From NCBI GenBank assembly GCA_022828085.1, contig JAJEIY010000031.1:13648-77647 (forward strand): a DNA stretch of 64,000 nt, in the 5' to 3' direction. The stretch is from Acidobacteriota bacterium (GTDB lineage Bacteria > Acidobacteriota > Vicinamibacteria > Marinacidobacterales > Marinacidobacteraceae). The notes beneath the pieces were generated by a model that made no database searches, was not told the origin of the DNA, and worked only from the letters and a program-made list of their open reading frames with translations. Positions 1 to 8,017 of this stretch are shown piece by piece; position 1 is the stretch's first letter, and every line of letters starts with the position of its first letter. The position numbers were made by a program, and so were the translations under genes.

Positions 1-104
1 TCGCTGCCTGGGAGGCCGTGCGGGGCCGGATCGACTCCCTGAACGAAGCGCTCCAGGGCGAGGGCCCGCCACGCCTCACGCCACGGCCGGATGCTGCGAA
101 TTGA
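1..104 (+). CDS. 3' end of an upstream gene (truncated by window), product unknown
   Basis: Open frame from nt 3 (AAWEAVRGRIDSLNEALQGEG...) ending at TGA 102-104, with GC-rich third positions. Confidence 0.45.
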   Translation, partial: AAWEAVRGRIDSLNEALQGEGPPRLTPRPDAAN

Positions 105-162
105 CCGGGTGGTTGTGAGTTAATTCCCGGCCCAGACTGTTCCTTCCAGGAGATACCAGCCC

Positions 163-1887
163 ATGTCCCGTCTGCTCGACAAGAACCTGAGCCGCGCCGA
201 GTTCCTGAAGCTCTCGGGGGCCGCCGCCGCTTCCGGTCTCGCGACCGCCTGCGGCGCGGGCGGTGGCTCGGCCACACCGCAGCTGATCGTCCACAACGCC
301 CGGGTTTACACCTCCGAGTACGGCGAGGGTCAGGAGACCATGGACCAGGCGCAGGCGCTCGCCGTCAACCACGGCAAGTTCGTCGCGGTGGGTTCGAACG
401 AGGACGTGATGAATCTCGCCGGACCGGGCACCGAGGTGGTGGACGCGGGCGGCATGACCGTGGTCCCCGGCTTCATCGATGCCCACTGCCATCCGGGCGG
501 GATGCGGGACCTCTTCGAGGTGAACCTCGACGTCCGCACCATCGAGGACATCAAGATGGCGGTCCGGGCCGCCGCCGCCGACACCCAGGCCGGCTACTGG
601 GTGGACGGGTTCAAGTACGACGACACCAAGGTCACCGACGAGAACGGCCAGTACCGCCGGATCACCAGGCACGATCTGGACGAGGCGACGACGGACGTTC
701 CGGTGCGCGTCTCGCACCGGGGCGGACACATCTACTGGTACAACTCGAAGGCCTTCGAGATGGCCGGCATCACGAAGGACGTGGCCGACCCGCCGGGCGG
801 CCGGTTCGAGAAGGACGCGAACGGGGAACTGACCGGGCTCGTCGAGGAGAAGGCCGACGAGGTCTTCGACGGCGTCGGGCAGCGTCGGGTTTATGGTCGC
901 GCCGAGTTCCAGCAGGGCGTGGCCCACATGTCGATGCTGATGACGGCCGCTGGAATTACCAGCGTGCACCAGACCGGCGGCGACTCGGACGGCCTCCTCG
1001 CCCTCGAAGACGCCTACGCCGCCGGCGAGCTGCGCTACCGGATGTACTACTTCGCGTCGGCGGACTCCGACCTGCACCGCGGCCTGAAGGAGGCCAAGAT
1101 CCACCGCGGGTTCGGGAACGAGTGGCTGCGGATCGGAGCGATCAAGTACGGCGCCGACGGCTCCGCCTCCGGCCGCACCATGTACATGAGCACTCCCTAC
1201 GAGGGCACCGACGACCACGGCATCCTCACCATGACTCCCGAGGAGATCATGGAGGCGGTCGAGGACTCCCATGCGCACGATTTCCACATCGGGATCCACG
1301 CGAACGGGGACCTGACCATCGGTTACGTGCTGGACGCCTACGAAAAGGTCCTTGCGGAAGCGCCGCGGGATGCGCGGCACCGGCTCGAGCACTGCTCGCT
1401 GGTGAACCCCGAGCTGCTCCAGCGGATCCACGACTCCGGTTCGATTCCCACCCCGTTCTGGACCTACGTCCACTACCACGGGAACAAGTGGGTGGAGTAC
1501 GGCGAGGAGAAGATGAAGTGGATGTTCGCCCACAAGTCCTTCCTCGATTACGACATCAAGGTCGCCGGCGCCTCCGACTACGTGCCCGGGCCCTACGAGC
1601 CGATGATGGCGCTCCAGGCCATGGTGACCCGCAAGGACACCCAGGGCCGGGTCTGGGGTGACAACCAGAAGGTCACGGTGGACGAGGCGCTCCGCATCGG
1701 GACGATCAACGGCGCCTGGGCCTCCTTCGAGGAGGACATCAAGGGCAGCATCAGGATCGGCAAGCTCGCCGACTTCGTGATGCTCGAGCAGGATCCCCAC
1801 GACGTTGCGGCCGACGATCCGGACCAGCTCAAGCACATCCCGATCCACCGCACGGTGGTCGGCGGCAAGACGATGTTCCAGGCCTAG
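163..1887 (+). CDS. Amidohydrolase 3 family (YtcJ-like) metallo-hydrolase, probably an exported lipoprotein
   Basis: PGFIDAHCH, IHANGD, RLEHCS, GASDY and KGSIRIGKLADF motifs; N-terminal SRAEFLK plus LATAC lipobox; AGGAG RBS. Confidence 0.9.
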   Translation: MSRLLDKNLSRAEFLKLSGAAAASGLATACGAGGGSATPQLIVHNARVYTSEYGEGQETMDQAQALAVNHGKFVAVGSNEDVMNLAGPGTEVVDAGGMTVVPGFIDAHCHPGGMRDLFEVNLDVRTIEDIKMAVRAAAADTQAGYWVDGFKYDDTKVTDENGQYRRITRHDLDEATTDVPVRVSHRGGHIYWYNSKAFEMAGITKDVADPPGGRFEKDANGELTGLVEEKADEVFDGVGQRRVYGRAEFQQGVAHMSMLMTAAGITSVHQTGGDSDGLLALEDAYAAGELRYRMYYFASADSDLHRGLKEAKIHRGFGNEWLRIGAIKYGADGSASGRTMYMSTPYEGTDDHGILTMTPEEIMEAVEDSHAHDFHIGIHANGDLTIGYVLDAYEKVLAEAPRDARHRLEHCSLVNPELLQRIHDSGSIPTPFWTYVHYHGNKWVEYGEEKMKWMFAHKSFLDYDIKVAGASDYVPGPYEPMMALQAMVTRKDTQGRVWGDNQKVTVDEALRIGTINGAWASFEEDIKGSIRIGKLADFVMLEQDPHDVAADDPDQLKHIPIHRTVVGGKTMFQA

Positions 1888-2103
1888 GAGCGCCAGTCTT
1901 CAGACCGGCATCGCTCCCCCGAGGGGAGCGAAACTCCCGACGCTCCGGCGGCGCATGGAGTCACCCCCCACAGGATGGCGCCGCGCACCACGTCTGTTCG
2001 TCCGGGGTTGCGCCATCGCCGTTTGCCGGCGCGCGACCGCATGGACTACGCAAAGGAGTTTCGCCCGCTTTGCGGGCGATGCCGGTGTGAACACCGGAGC
2101 TCC
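1887..2103. repeat. REPIN-like element: two ~50-nt REP-like units in inverted orientation (1887-1937 and 2055-2103)
   Basis: GGAGC-GCCAGTCT-TC-AGACCGGC-A-TCGC..GCGA-AACTCC and its reverse-complement homologue; lies between convergent genes; the same family recurs at 7943, 52545 and 63150. Confidence 0.85.
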
Positions 2104-2150
2104 TGACGCTGGAAACGCTGCTCGCGGGCGTTGGGATCGCGTCGCCGCCG

Positions 2151-2603
2151 TCAGCCCTTCGCCCGGAGCTTCGCCGCGATGAACGCCGGATGCTCCACGT
2201 GCAGCAGCGTCGCCAACTTGCGGATGACCTGTTCTTCCTCTCCCGCAAGCCAGCCGTCGGCGAACGCCACCCGGAACAGCAGTTCGATGATCGTCGCCTT
2301 GTGCTCCCGGGAGAGACTCCGGTCCACGAGCCGGGTGAACTCGTAGAGCGAGACCGCCTCGGACGACCGCTGGCCGGCAATTGCGACGACTTCCGCGGTT
2401 TCGTCTGCGCTCAGCGCAAACGCCGACTCGATGCTCCGGACGATCTCGCGGCTCTCCCGCTCGTCCACGTCGTGATCGGCCGCCGATACTTCCAGCAGCA
2501 GCACGGCGGTCGCGATCTGGACGTCCCGCGGTGAAGGAGGCGGGGGAGGGGAGTGTTCGGGGCGGCGTCGGCCGCCGCCCACGAGATCGGTGATCCAGCC
2601 CAT
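2151..2603 (-). CDS. TerB-family (tellurite resistance/DjlA N-terminal-like) protein
   Basis: LLLEVSAADHDVDERE and LFRVAFADGWL..EE..IRKLA.LL motifs typical of the TerB-like fold. Confidence 0.8.
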   Translation of the reverse strand: MGWITDLVGGGRRRPEHSPPPPPSPRDVQIATAVLLLEVSAADHDVDERESREIVRSIESAFALSADETAEVVAIAGQRSSEAVSLYEFTRLVDRSLSREHKATIIELLFRVAFADGWLAGEEEQVIRKLATLLHVEHPAFIAAKLRAKG

Positions 2604-2674
2604 GGAATCCTCCTGCTCCGCCGCGGCGGTGGCGCGCGAACTCTACCGATTCGCCGGATCGGCCCTCCCCAAGG

Positions 2675-4255
2675 TCAGGAAGCCACCGCCGGACGGCGCG
2701 AACGCCAGATCCAGAGCCCGAAGGCGCCCAGGCCGAAGAACATCACGAGCAGGCCGACCACTCCGCCGATGAACGGGACCTCCACGGCCAGCACCAGGAT
2801 CCCGAGTCCGAGCGCGACCCGCCCGATCCGCTGGACGTTCGAGGAAGCGAGACCGAGGATCGCCTGGCCGATCACCATGGCCGCGATCACCCGGGAGGCG
2901 TAGAGCAGGAACACGTAGAGCATGCCGACGGCGAACGCGAGCGGCAGGCCGATGAAGGTGATCGCGAGCAGGATTGCCGCGAAGGGGAGTCCCACGAACA
3001 AAAGGAGTCCGAGCAGCAGTGGGGCGATGGGTCTGCCACCGATGGCGGCCATCGCTCCGAGGGGGCCGGACGCGAGCAGTACGAGCACCATCCCGAGGGC
3101 CAGTCCCATGCCCCAGCGGGTGGCAATGCTCATGACTTCGTCCCAAACGCTGGTCTCCTCGGGCTCCGGCTCGGACCACTCCACCTCCGGCGCCCCGGAC
3201 TCGCGCTCGGGCTCCGAGGGGCCGGTGTAGTGGGCGTCTCCGCCGATCGACGCTCCCGAACCGAGGTGCAGTTCGTCCCCGGTGAACTTGAGATCGCCCT
3301 CGATCGGCGCGGTCACCTCCAGCCTGCTTCCCCCGGCAAGCACCGAGCCTCCGACCGGTCCCGCCACCGTAAGGCGATCGCCCGCCATCATGACGCCGCC
3401 TCCTACGGTCGCTCCGGTGAGGATCGAGACCCGTTCTCCTCCAGCGGCCAGCCCTCGGCCGACGTCCCCCGCGATCCGGACAGTCTGGGCGGCGCCCCGA
3501 ACACTGAGGCCCACGCTGCCGTCCACGATCAACTCGTTTCCGAATCCGAAGACATCGCCATCCACCCGGCCGCTGATGATCAGGGCGCGACCGGCGAAGT
3601 ACAGATCCCCGCGCACCGTGCCGGCGACCGTGGCTTCGTCGCAGAGAAGCAGCAGGTCGTCGTCCACCACCTGTTCCGGGGCGATGCGGCACCGCGCGGA
3701 CTCCCCGGCGATCACCTCAAGCGCTTCCGCCGGCGAACTGAGAGCGCCCATTCCAGGCAGGAGCGCCGCCAGCAGCAGCGGCATGACGCCGGCGCGGGGC
3801 CGGCGGATGGCGTTCGATGCCAGGGCAATACCGATGAGGGTCATGATGACGATGCCTCCGTAGGCAATCTGAAGTCCGATCTGCTGTACGTCCAGCAGGG
3901 AGAGAAGGCGGAACCCGAGATCCGAGAGCACGGGAAGGGCGTCCGGCATCGGGGTCTCCGCCGCCGCTTCGCCGACTCCGGTAAAGAAACGCCGCACCGC
4001 GACGAGGCCCAGCGAGAGCACGAGTCCCGCGGCCACCACCCACCCGAGTTCACGCGAGACCTCGCGCTCTCGCACCGCGTCGGGGGCCGCCGCCGCCCGG
4101 AGGACGTCGCTCTCGCGGCGGAGCCCTTCATAGAGCCGGTGGCAGGCGAAGCAGCGGGTCAGGTGCGACCGCGCCGCCGCCGCCTCGGCGCGGGGCAGCT
4201 CCTCGTCGAGCAGGGCGAGGAGTCTCAGTTCCGGGAGATGCTGCGGGTCGGCCAT
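2675..4255 (-). CDS. Anti-sigma factor: zf-HC2 N-terminus, TM helices, bactofilin-like beta-helical repeats and a multi-TM C-terminus
   Basis: True start MADPQH at 4255 overlaps the sigma stop (TGATG); HLTRCFAC (HxxxCxxC); repeated V.G.V.GD units; hydrophobic C-terminus. Confidence 0.8.
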   Translation of the reverse strand: MADPQHLPELRLLALLDEELPRAEAAAARSHLTRCFACHRLYEGLRRESDVLRAAAAPDAVREREVSRELGWVVAAGLVLSLGLVAVRRFFTGVGEAAAETPMPDALPVLSDLGFRLLSLLDVQQIGLQIAYGGIVIMTLIGIALASNAIRRPRAGVMPLLLAALLPGMGALSSPAEALEVIAGESARCRIAPEQVVDDDLLLLCDEATVAGTVRGDLYFAGRALIISGRVDGDVFGFGNELIVDGSVGLSVRGAAQTVRIAGDVGRGLAAGGERVSILTGATVGGGVMMAGDRLTVAGPVGGSVLAGGSRLEVTAPIEGDLKFTGDELHLGSGASIGGDAHYTGPSEPERESGAPEVEWSEPEPEETSVWDEVMSIATRWGMGLALGMVLVLLASGPLGAMAAIGGRPIAPLLLGLLLFVGLPFAAILLAITFIGLPLAFAVGMLYVFLLYASRVIAAMVIGQAILGLASSNVQRIGRVALGLGILVLAVEVPFIGGVVGLLVMFFGLGAFGLWIWRSRRPAVAS

Positions 4256-4845
4256 CAGTCGATGCCCTCCCCGGCGAGCCGGTCCCGCATCCGGCGCCGT
4301 CCGCGCAGCAGCAGCACCCCCACGTTCGTGCGCGTGACGCCCAGCATGTCCGCGATCTCCTGGTAGCTGAGCCCGGCGCCGTAGCGCAGCGTGAGGGCGA
4401 AGCGCTGCCGGAGCGGCAGCCCGGAGAGCGCCTCGCGGACCCGCTCCCGCCGCTCCTCGGTGATCAGCCGCTCGAGCGGGCTCGGGGCGTCGGCGGGCAG
4501 TTGCGCCGCGCCCTCGTCGTCGAGCGGTTCCGAACGGCGGTTCTTCCGCGCCTCGTCCCAGCAGCGGTTGGCGGCGATCCGGAAGAGCCACGGCCCGAAG
4601 GGGCGCGACGAATCGAACGAATCCAGCCGGAAGCGGGTCTTCATCATGATCTCCGCGGCCAGGTCCTCGCCGGAGTCTCCGGGAAGCGTCCGGCGGCAGA
4701 ACGCGAGCACCTGCGGATGGAAGTGCCGATAGAGCGCCGCCCAGGCGTCCTGGGCCGCCTGGCCGGCGGGACCAACGTCCGCACCCTGTTTGTCGGCCTC
4801 CTGGCAGGTTCGGACGAGATCCGTGATTTCCTGATCGTGGAGCAT
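4255..4845 (-). CDS. ECF (sigma-70 group 4) RNA polymerase sigma factor
   Basis: EDLAAE..K, FGPWLFRIAANRCWD (region 2); LPLRQR.ALTLRYGAGLSYQEIADMLG (region 4); GGAGG before ATG 4845. Confidence 0.92.
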   Translation of the reverse strand: MLHDQEITDLVRTCQEADKQGADVGPAGQAAQDAWAALYRHFHPQVLAFCRRTLPGDSGEDLAAEIMMKTRFRLDSFDSSRPFGPWLFRIAANRCWDEARKNRRSEPLDDEGAAQLPADAPSPLERLITEERRERVREALSGLPLRQRFALTLRYGAGLSYQEIADMLGVTRTNVGVLLLRGRRRMRDRLAGEGID

Positions 4846-4945
4846 CCCTCCGGTACCTATACGTCCCGGACGGGCAGACGTTACAGCGCGCGGGGCGGCC
4901 CGCCGTCCTCTGTGTGATGCTTCCCGCCCGCGGGAGGCTCCGAGA

Positions 4946-5779
4946 GTGCGCAGGTTGCTGAGGCGTTTCGCCGGCCGGTTCGTGTTGACGCTGTCCCTGG
5001 TGCTGCTGGAAGCGGCGGGCTGGACTCTTTTTCCGCTGGTCATCGGACGCGCCATCGACAGCGTCCTGGCGGACTCGCCACGCGGCCTCTACGAGTTCGC
5101 CGCGCTCGGGATCGGCGTCATGGGCCTCGGGATCGCCCGGCGCTTCGTGGACAGCCGGGCCTATGCGCGCGTCTTCCGGCGGCTCGGCGAGGAACTCGTC
5201 GTCCGGGAACCGGGGGGCGGCGCCTCGACGAAGACGGCGCGTCTCGGGATGCTCCAGGAGTTCGTCGAGTTCTTCGAGAACCAGGTGCCGGGCCTCATCA
5301 CCGGGATCATCGGTCTCGGGGGCACGCTCCTCATCCTGTCCGCGCTGAACCGGCCGGTCTTCTTCGGGTGCCTTGCGGTCACCGCGGTCAGCGCGGTTCT
5401 TTATGCCCTGACGGGAAGGCTGACCACCCGCTACAACCAGGGACTCAACGACGAGCGCGAACGGCAGGTGGACGCCGTCGAGAGCGGCGATGCGGCGCGC
5501 GTCGGCGTTCACCTCCGGGCGCTCATGCGCTGGAACATCAAGTTGTCCGACCTGGAGGCGGTCAACTTCGGGGTGGTGTGGTTGTTCCTGATGGGGTTGC
5601 TGGTGTTCTCGATCGGATCGGCGGCAGAGCGGACCGTCGAGTACGGCACCGTCTTCGCCGTCGTGATGTACGTCTTCCAGTTTACCGAGTCCGTGATCGT
5701 GCTGCCGCTCTACTACCAGCAGTGGCTGCGGCTGAGGGAGATCTCGGGCCGGCTCGGCGCGATCGGAGCGCCGGCGTAG
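4946..5779 (+). CDS. ABC transporter six-transmembrane-domain protein (no ATPase domain)
   Basis: Six hydrophobic segments; PLVIGRAID, RRFVDSRAY, EFVEFFE and LSDLEA motifs of the ABC_membrane_3-type family. Confidence 0.7.
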   Translation: MRRLLRRFAGRFVLTLSLVLLEAAGWTLFPLVIGRAIDSVLADSPRGLYEFAALGIGVMGLGIARRFVDSRAYARVFRRLGEELVVREPGGGASTKTARLGMLQEFVEFFENQVPGLITGIIGLGGTLLILSALNRPVFFGCLAVTAVSAVLYALTGRLTTRYNQGLNDERERQVDAVESGDAARVGVHLRALMRWNIKLSDLEAVNFGVVWLFLMGLLVFSIGSAAERTVEYGTVFAVVMYVFQFTESVIVLPLYYQQWLRLREISGRLGAIGAPA

Positions 5780-5839
5780 GGTTGTCCGGCCGACCCGGAG
5801 AGCTACGCAGCGCCGCGACCGGCAGTCCGGCCGGTCACT

Positions 5840-6583
5840 TCAGGTGGTTGCCGCGAGACTGAAGTCGGCCCAGACGCCGAAGTGATCGGACATGGCTTCA
5901 TCGTCCGCATTTCGCTTCGGCCAGATTCCGAACGGGATCGCCCGCCTCAGGTCCGGTGTGTGGGCGATGTGATCAATGGTCAGTCCCGGCGCCCCGGGAA
6001 TCTCGCCGGCCGTAGGAATCTCCAGACCCTCGAAGGCCCTGAGCAGTGCCTCGTGTGCCTTCTTCGGCGCCCGCATCCGCGGAGTCCGCTGATTGAAATC
6101 CCCCAGGACGACCATGCGGTCCGTGGTACGCCGCCAGGGAAGCTGTTCGAACGCCTCCAGCCAGGCGTGGTGATCCTCCCAGAGCTCGCGGTCCTTGCGG
6201 CCGTTGCGAACGTGGGCGCCGTCCCAGGGAACACAAACCCCAACAACCGTCAGCGGTCCGATCGGCGACTCGGTGACTCCCTTGACGAACCGGCCCCCGG
6301 GAAAACCGGGCGAGCCAACGCAATCCGCGCCGGTCCACGGGTGTCGGCCCCAGAGCACTACTTTCCTGCGGTCCTCGCGGAGCAGGTCATAGCCCCAGTC
6401 CGTGCCGGCATCGATCACGTGGCCTTCCCCTGGCAGGAGACCGGCCGATCCTTCCGTGACGCACAGGATGTCGCACTCGGCAACCGCGATGGAGGTGCGT
6501 ACGCGAACGCCCCTCGCGCTGCCGGGCACAGCCCATCCCGTGTTCCAGGTGCCGATGCGCACGGCCCCCGACCGGTCATGCAC
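5840..6583 (-). CDS. Endonuclease/exonuclease/phosphatase (EEP) family protein
   Basis: RIGTWN, DILCVTE, VVLGDFN, IDHI and SDHFGV catalytic motifs; start GTG at 6583 or 6562. Confidence 0.85.
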   Translation of the reverse strand: MHDRSGAVRIGTWNTGWAVPGSARGVRVRTSIAVAECDILCVTEGSAGLLPGEGHVIDAGTDWGYDLLREDRRKVVLWGRHPWTGADCVGSPGFPGGRFVKGVTESPIGPLTVVGVCVPWDGAHVRNGRKDRELWEDHHAWLEAFEQLPWRRTTDRMVVLGDFNQRTPRMRAPKKAHEALLRAFEGLEIPTAGEIPGAPGLTIDHIAHTPDLRRAIPFGIWPKRNADDEAMSDHFGVWADFSLAATT

Positions 6584-7376
6584 GCGAAGCGGAGACCGTG
6601 GGCCAGGCGCCGCGGACCGAGCCACGGTGGCGGGCGAGTACGCGGAACCCATCGGACGACGGATCCGGAATGACCGGATTCCCCCCCGAGTCGAGGTAGA
6701 GGCACCCGACTTCATCTGGCGGAAGGTCCGCCACCAGGGCTCGGGCGTCTTCCATCGCGCTGAGCCACCGGCGCTTGAGGGTGCCGAGGTCGAGCGGTTC
6801 CCGGAGCGCCAGCCGGCCGAGGTCCGCGTCGGTGTAGGCCGCGTGCCGCGCCGTCTGCTCCAGCAGGAAGTCGGGGGTGTAGCCCGGATCCTGGCCGCAG
6901 GCGGCCCACGCCAGCGCTCCCAGCGACAGGTAGGTGTCGTTGCAATGGAGCACGTCCACGAAGTCCCGGATCTCGTGACGCCCCGCCAGCGCCAGGACCT
7001 TGTTGATGGCGGCGTCGGCAACGTGCAGGCGATACCCGAACTGGTCGTCCTCCTGAATCGGATAGAACCGGAACGCGCTGTCCTGGGCCCACTCGATCCT
7101 CAGCGAGGCGGCGCCCGATCGGGTGACCGCGCGGTGAAACGCCGGGGTCCGGAGCAGCCAGGAGACTTCGTGGCCGGCTTTCCGCAGGGTTGCCGCATCC
7201 GCCTCCGCGCAGAGGGCCACGCTTTCTCCGAGATCGTGAAAGAGATCGAGATCGAGCGAGTAGCGCGGCGTCCGCTGCTCCCGGTGGAGCACCGTCGCGC
7301 CGGCGACGTAACTGTCCGGACTGCGGTTTCCCGCAATGAGGCGCAGGACCTCAACCTGGAAGGAACCTAGCGGCAT
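6576..7376 (-). CDS. AbiEii/DUF1814-like nucleotidyltransferase (type IV TA toxin-like)
   Basis: AGATVL...RYSLDLDLF (G.T...R.S.D.D) and NKVLALAGRHEIRDFVD motifs; overlaps the upstream small gene. Confidence 0.75.
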   Translation of the reverse strand: MPLGSFQVEVLRLIAGNRSPDSYVAGATVLHREQRTPRYSLDLDLFHDLGESVALCAEADAATLRKAGHEVSWLLRTPAFHRAVTRSGAASLRIEWAQDSAFRFYPIQEDDQFGYRLHVADAAINKVLALAGRHEIRDFVDVLHCNDTYLSLGALAWAACGQDPGYTPDFLLEQTARHAAYTDADLGRLALREPLDLGTLKRRWLSAMEDARALVADLPPDEVGCLYLDSGGNPVIPDPSSDGFRVLARHRGSVRGAWPTVSASRA

Positions 7377-7639
7377 AACCGGGCGGCGGTACGGAACCCC
7401 TTCCGTCCGCCGTGTTGCCGCAGGCCGCGGACGATCTCCGGGATGTCGTCGAGCGTTGCCACCAGATCGGGGCGGAGGTACCAGAAGCACTGCGTATGGA
7501 ACGTGCGGAACGCTCGGCGCGCTTCGCGGACCCGCACCATGTCGCGCGCCTGCTCAGGGGAGAGCTCGCGGCGGCTTCGCAATCCACCCTTGCGGCCGAT
7601 CCGGGCGAAGTACTCCCTGAGTGTGGAGGGTGAATCCAT
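7367..7639 (-). CDS. Small putative antitoxin (IGRKGG N-terminus; FWY..DL.....D...I...LR.HG C-terminus)
   Basis: 90 aa, overlaps the NTase start, preceded by a palindromic operator. Confidence 0.65.
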   Translation of the reverse strand: MDSPSTLREYFARIGRKGGLRSRRELSPEQARDMVRVREARRAFRTFHTQCFWYLRPDLVATLDDIPEIVRGLRQHGGRKGFRTAARLCR

Positions 7640-7669
7640 GCGGGCATATTAACGTAAGCTGCTTACGTT
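7640..7669 (-). promoter_or_regulatory. Leaderless promoter and palindromic operator of the TA-like operon
   Basis: TAATAT 6 nt before the ATG; perfect inverted repeat AACGTAAGC-T-GCTTACGTT at 7651-7669. Confidence 0.7.
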
Positions 7670-7799
7670 TGGGCACCGCTCGAGGTGGCCGGCTGAAACA
7701 TCGCCGCACGGGTTTCGCGCCGCGGCGCGATGCCTGTTCCCACCGGAAGACGCCCCTCGCGTGTCCTCCCGCCCGCCCGGCCGGAAACGAACACTCCGC

Positions 7800-7991
7800 G
7801 GCGGCCGGCCGCGAATTCCGGGACGCCATGGGCACTGATCGCGGGGACCTGAAACAAGAATGGCGAAGCGCCGCACGCGCGTGCGTCGTTGCCGTTCGGC
7901 CAATCCCTCGGACGGCGGTGCACCGCGGCGAAATGACGCCCGGGAGTTTCGCCCGCTGCGCGGGCGATGCCGGTCCGGAGACCGGCGCTCC
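7800..7991. repeat. REPIN-like element, left unit degenerate; intact REP unit at 7943-7991
   Basis: GGAGTTTCGCCCGC.GCGCGGGCGATGCCGGTCCGGAGACCGGCGCTCC; the spacer aligns by eye with the spacer of the 63150-63367 copy. Confidence 0.75.
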
Positions 7992-8017
7992 GGCGCCCGT
8001 CTCCTAGAATCCCGGCG

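Noticed and set aside
76-1848. Long antisense and alternative-frame ORFs (for example 76-1848, 9169-11727, 15517-17922, 29074-31932, 43946-46813, 49595-51325)
   Set aside because: Shadow ORFs expected in high-GC DNA opposite well-supported genes; Arg/Pro/Gly-rich with no motifs
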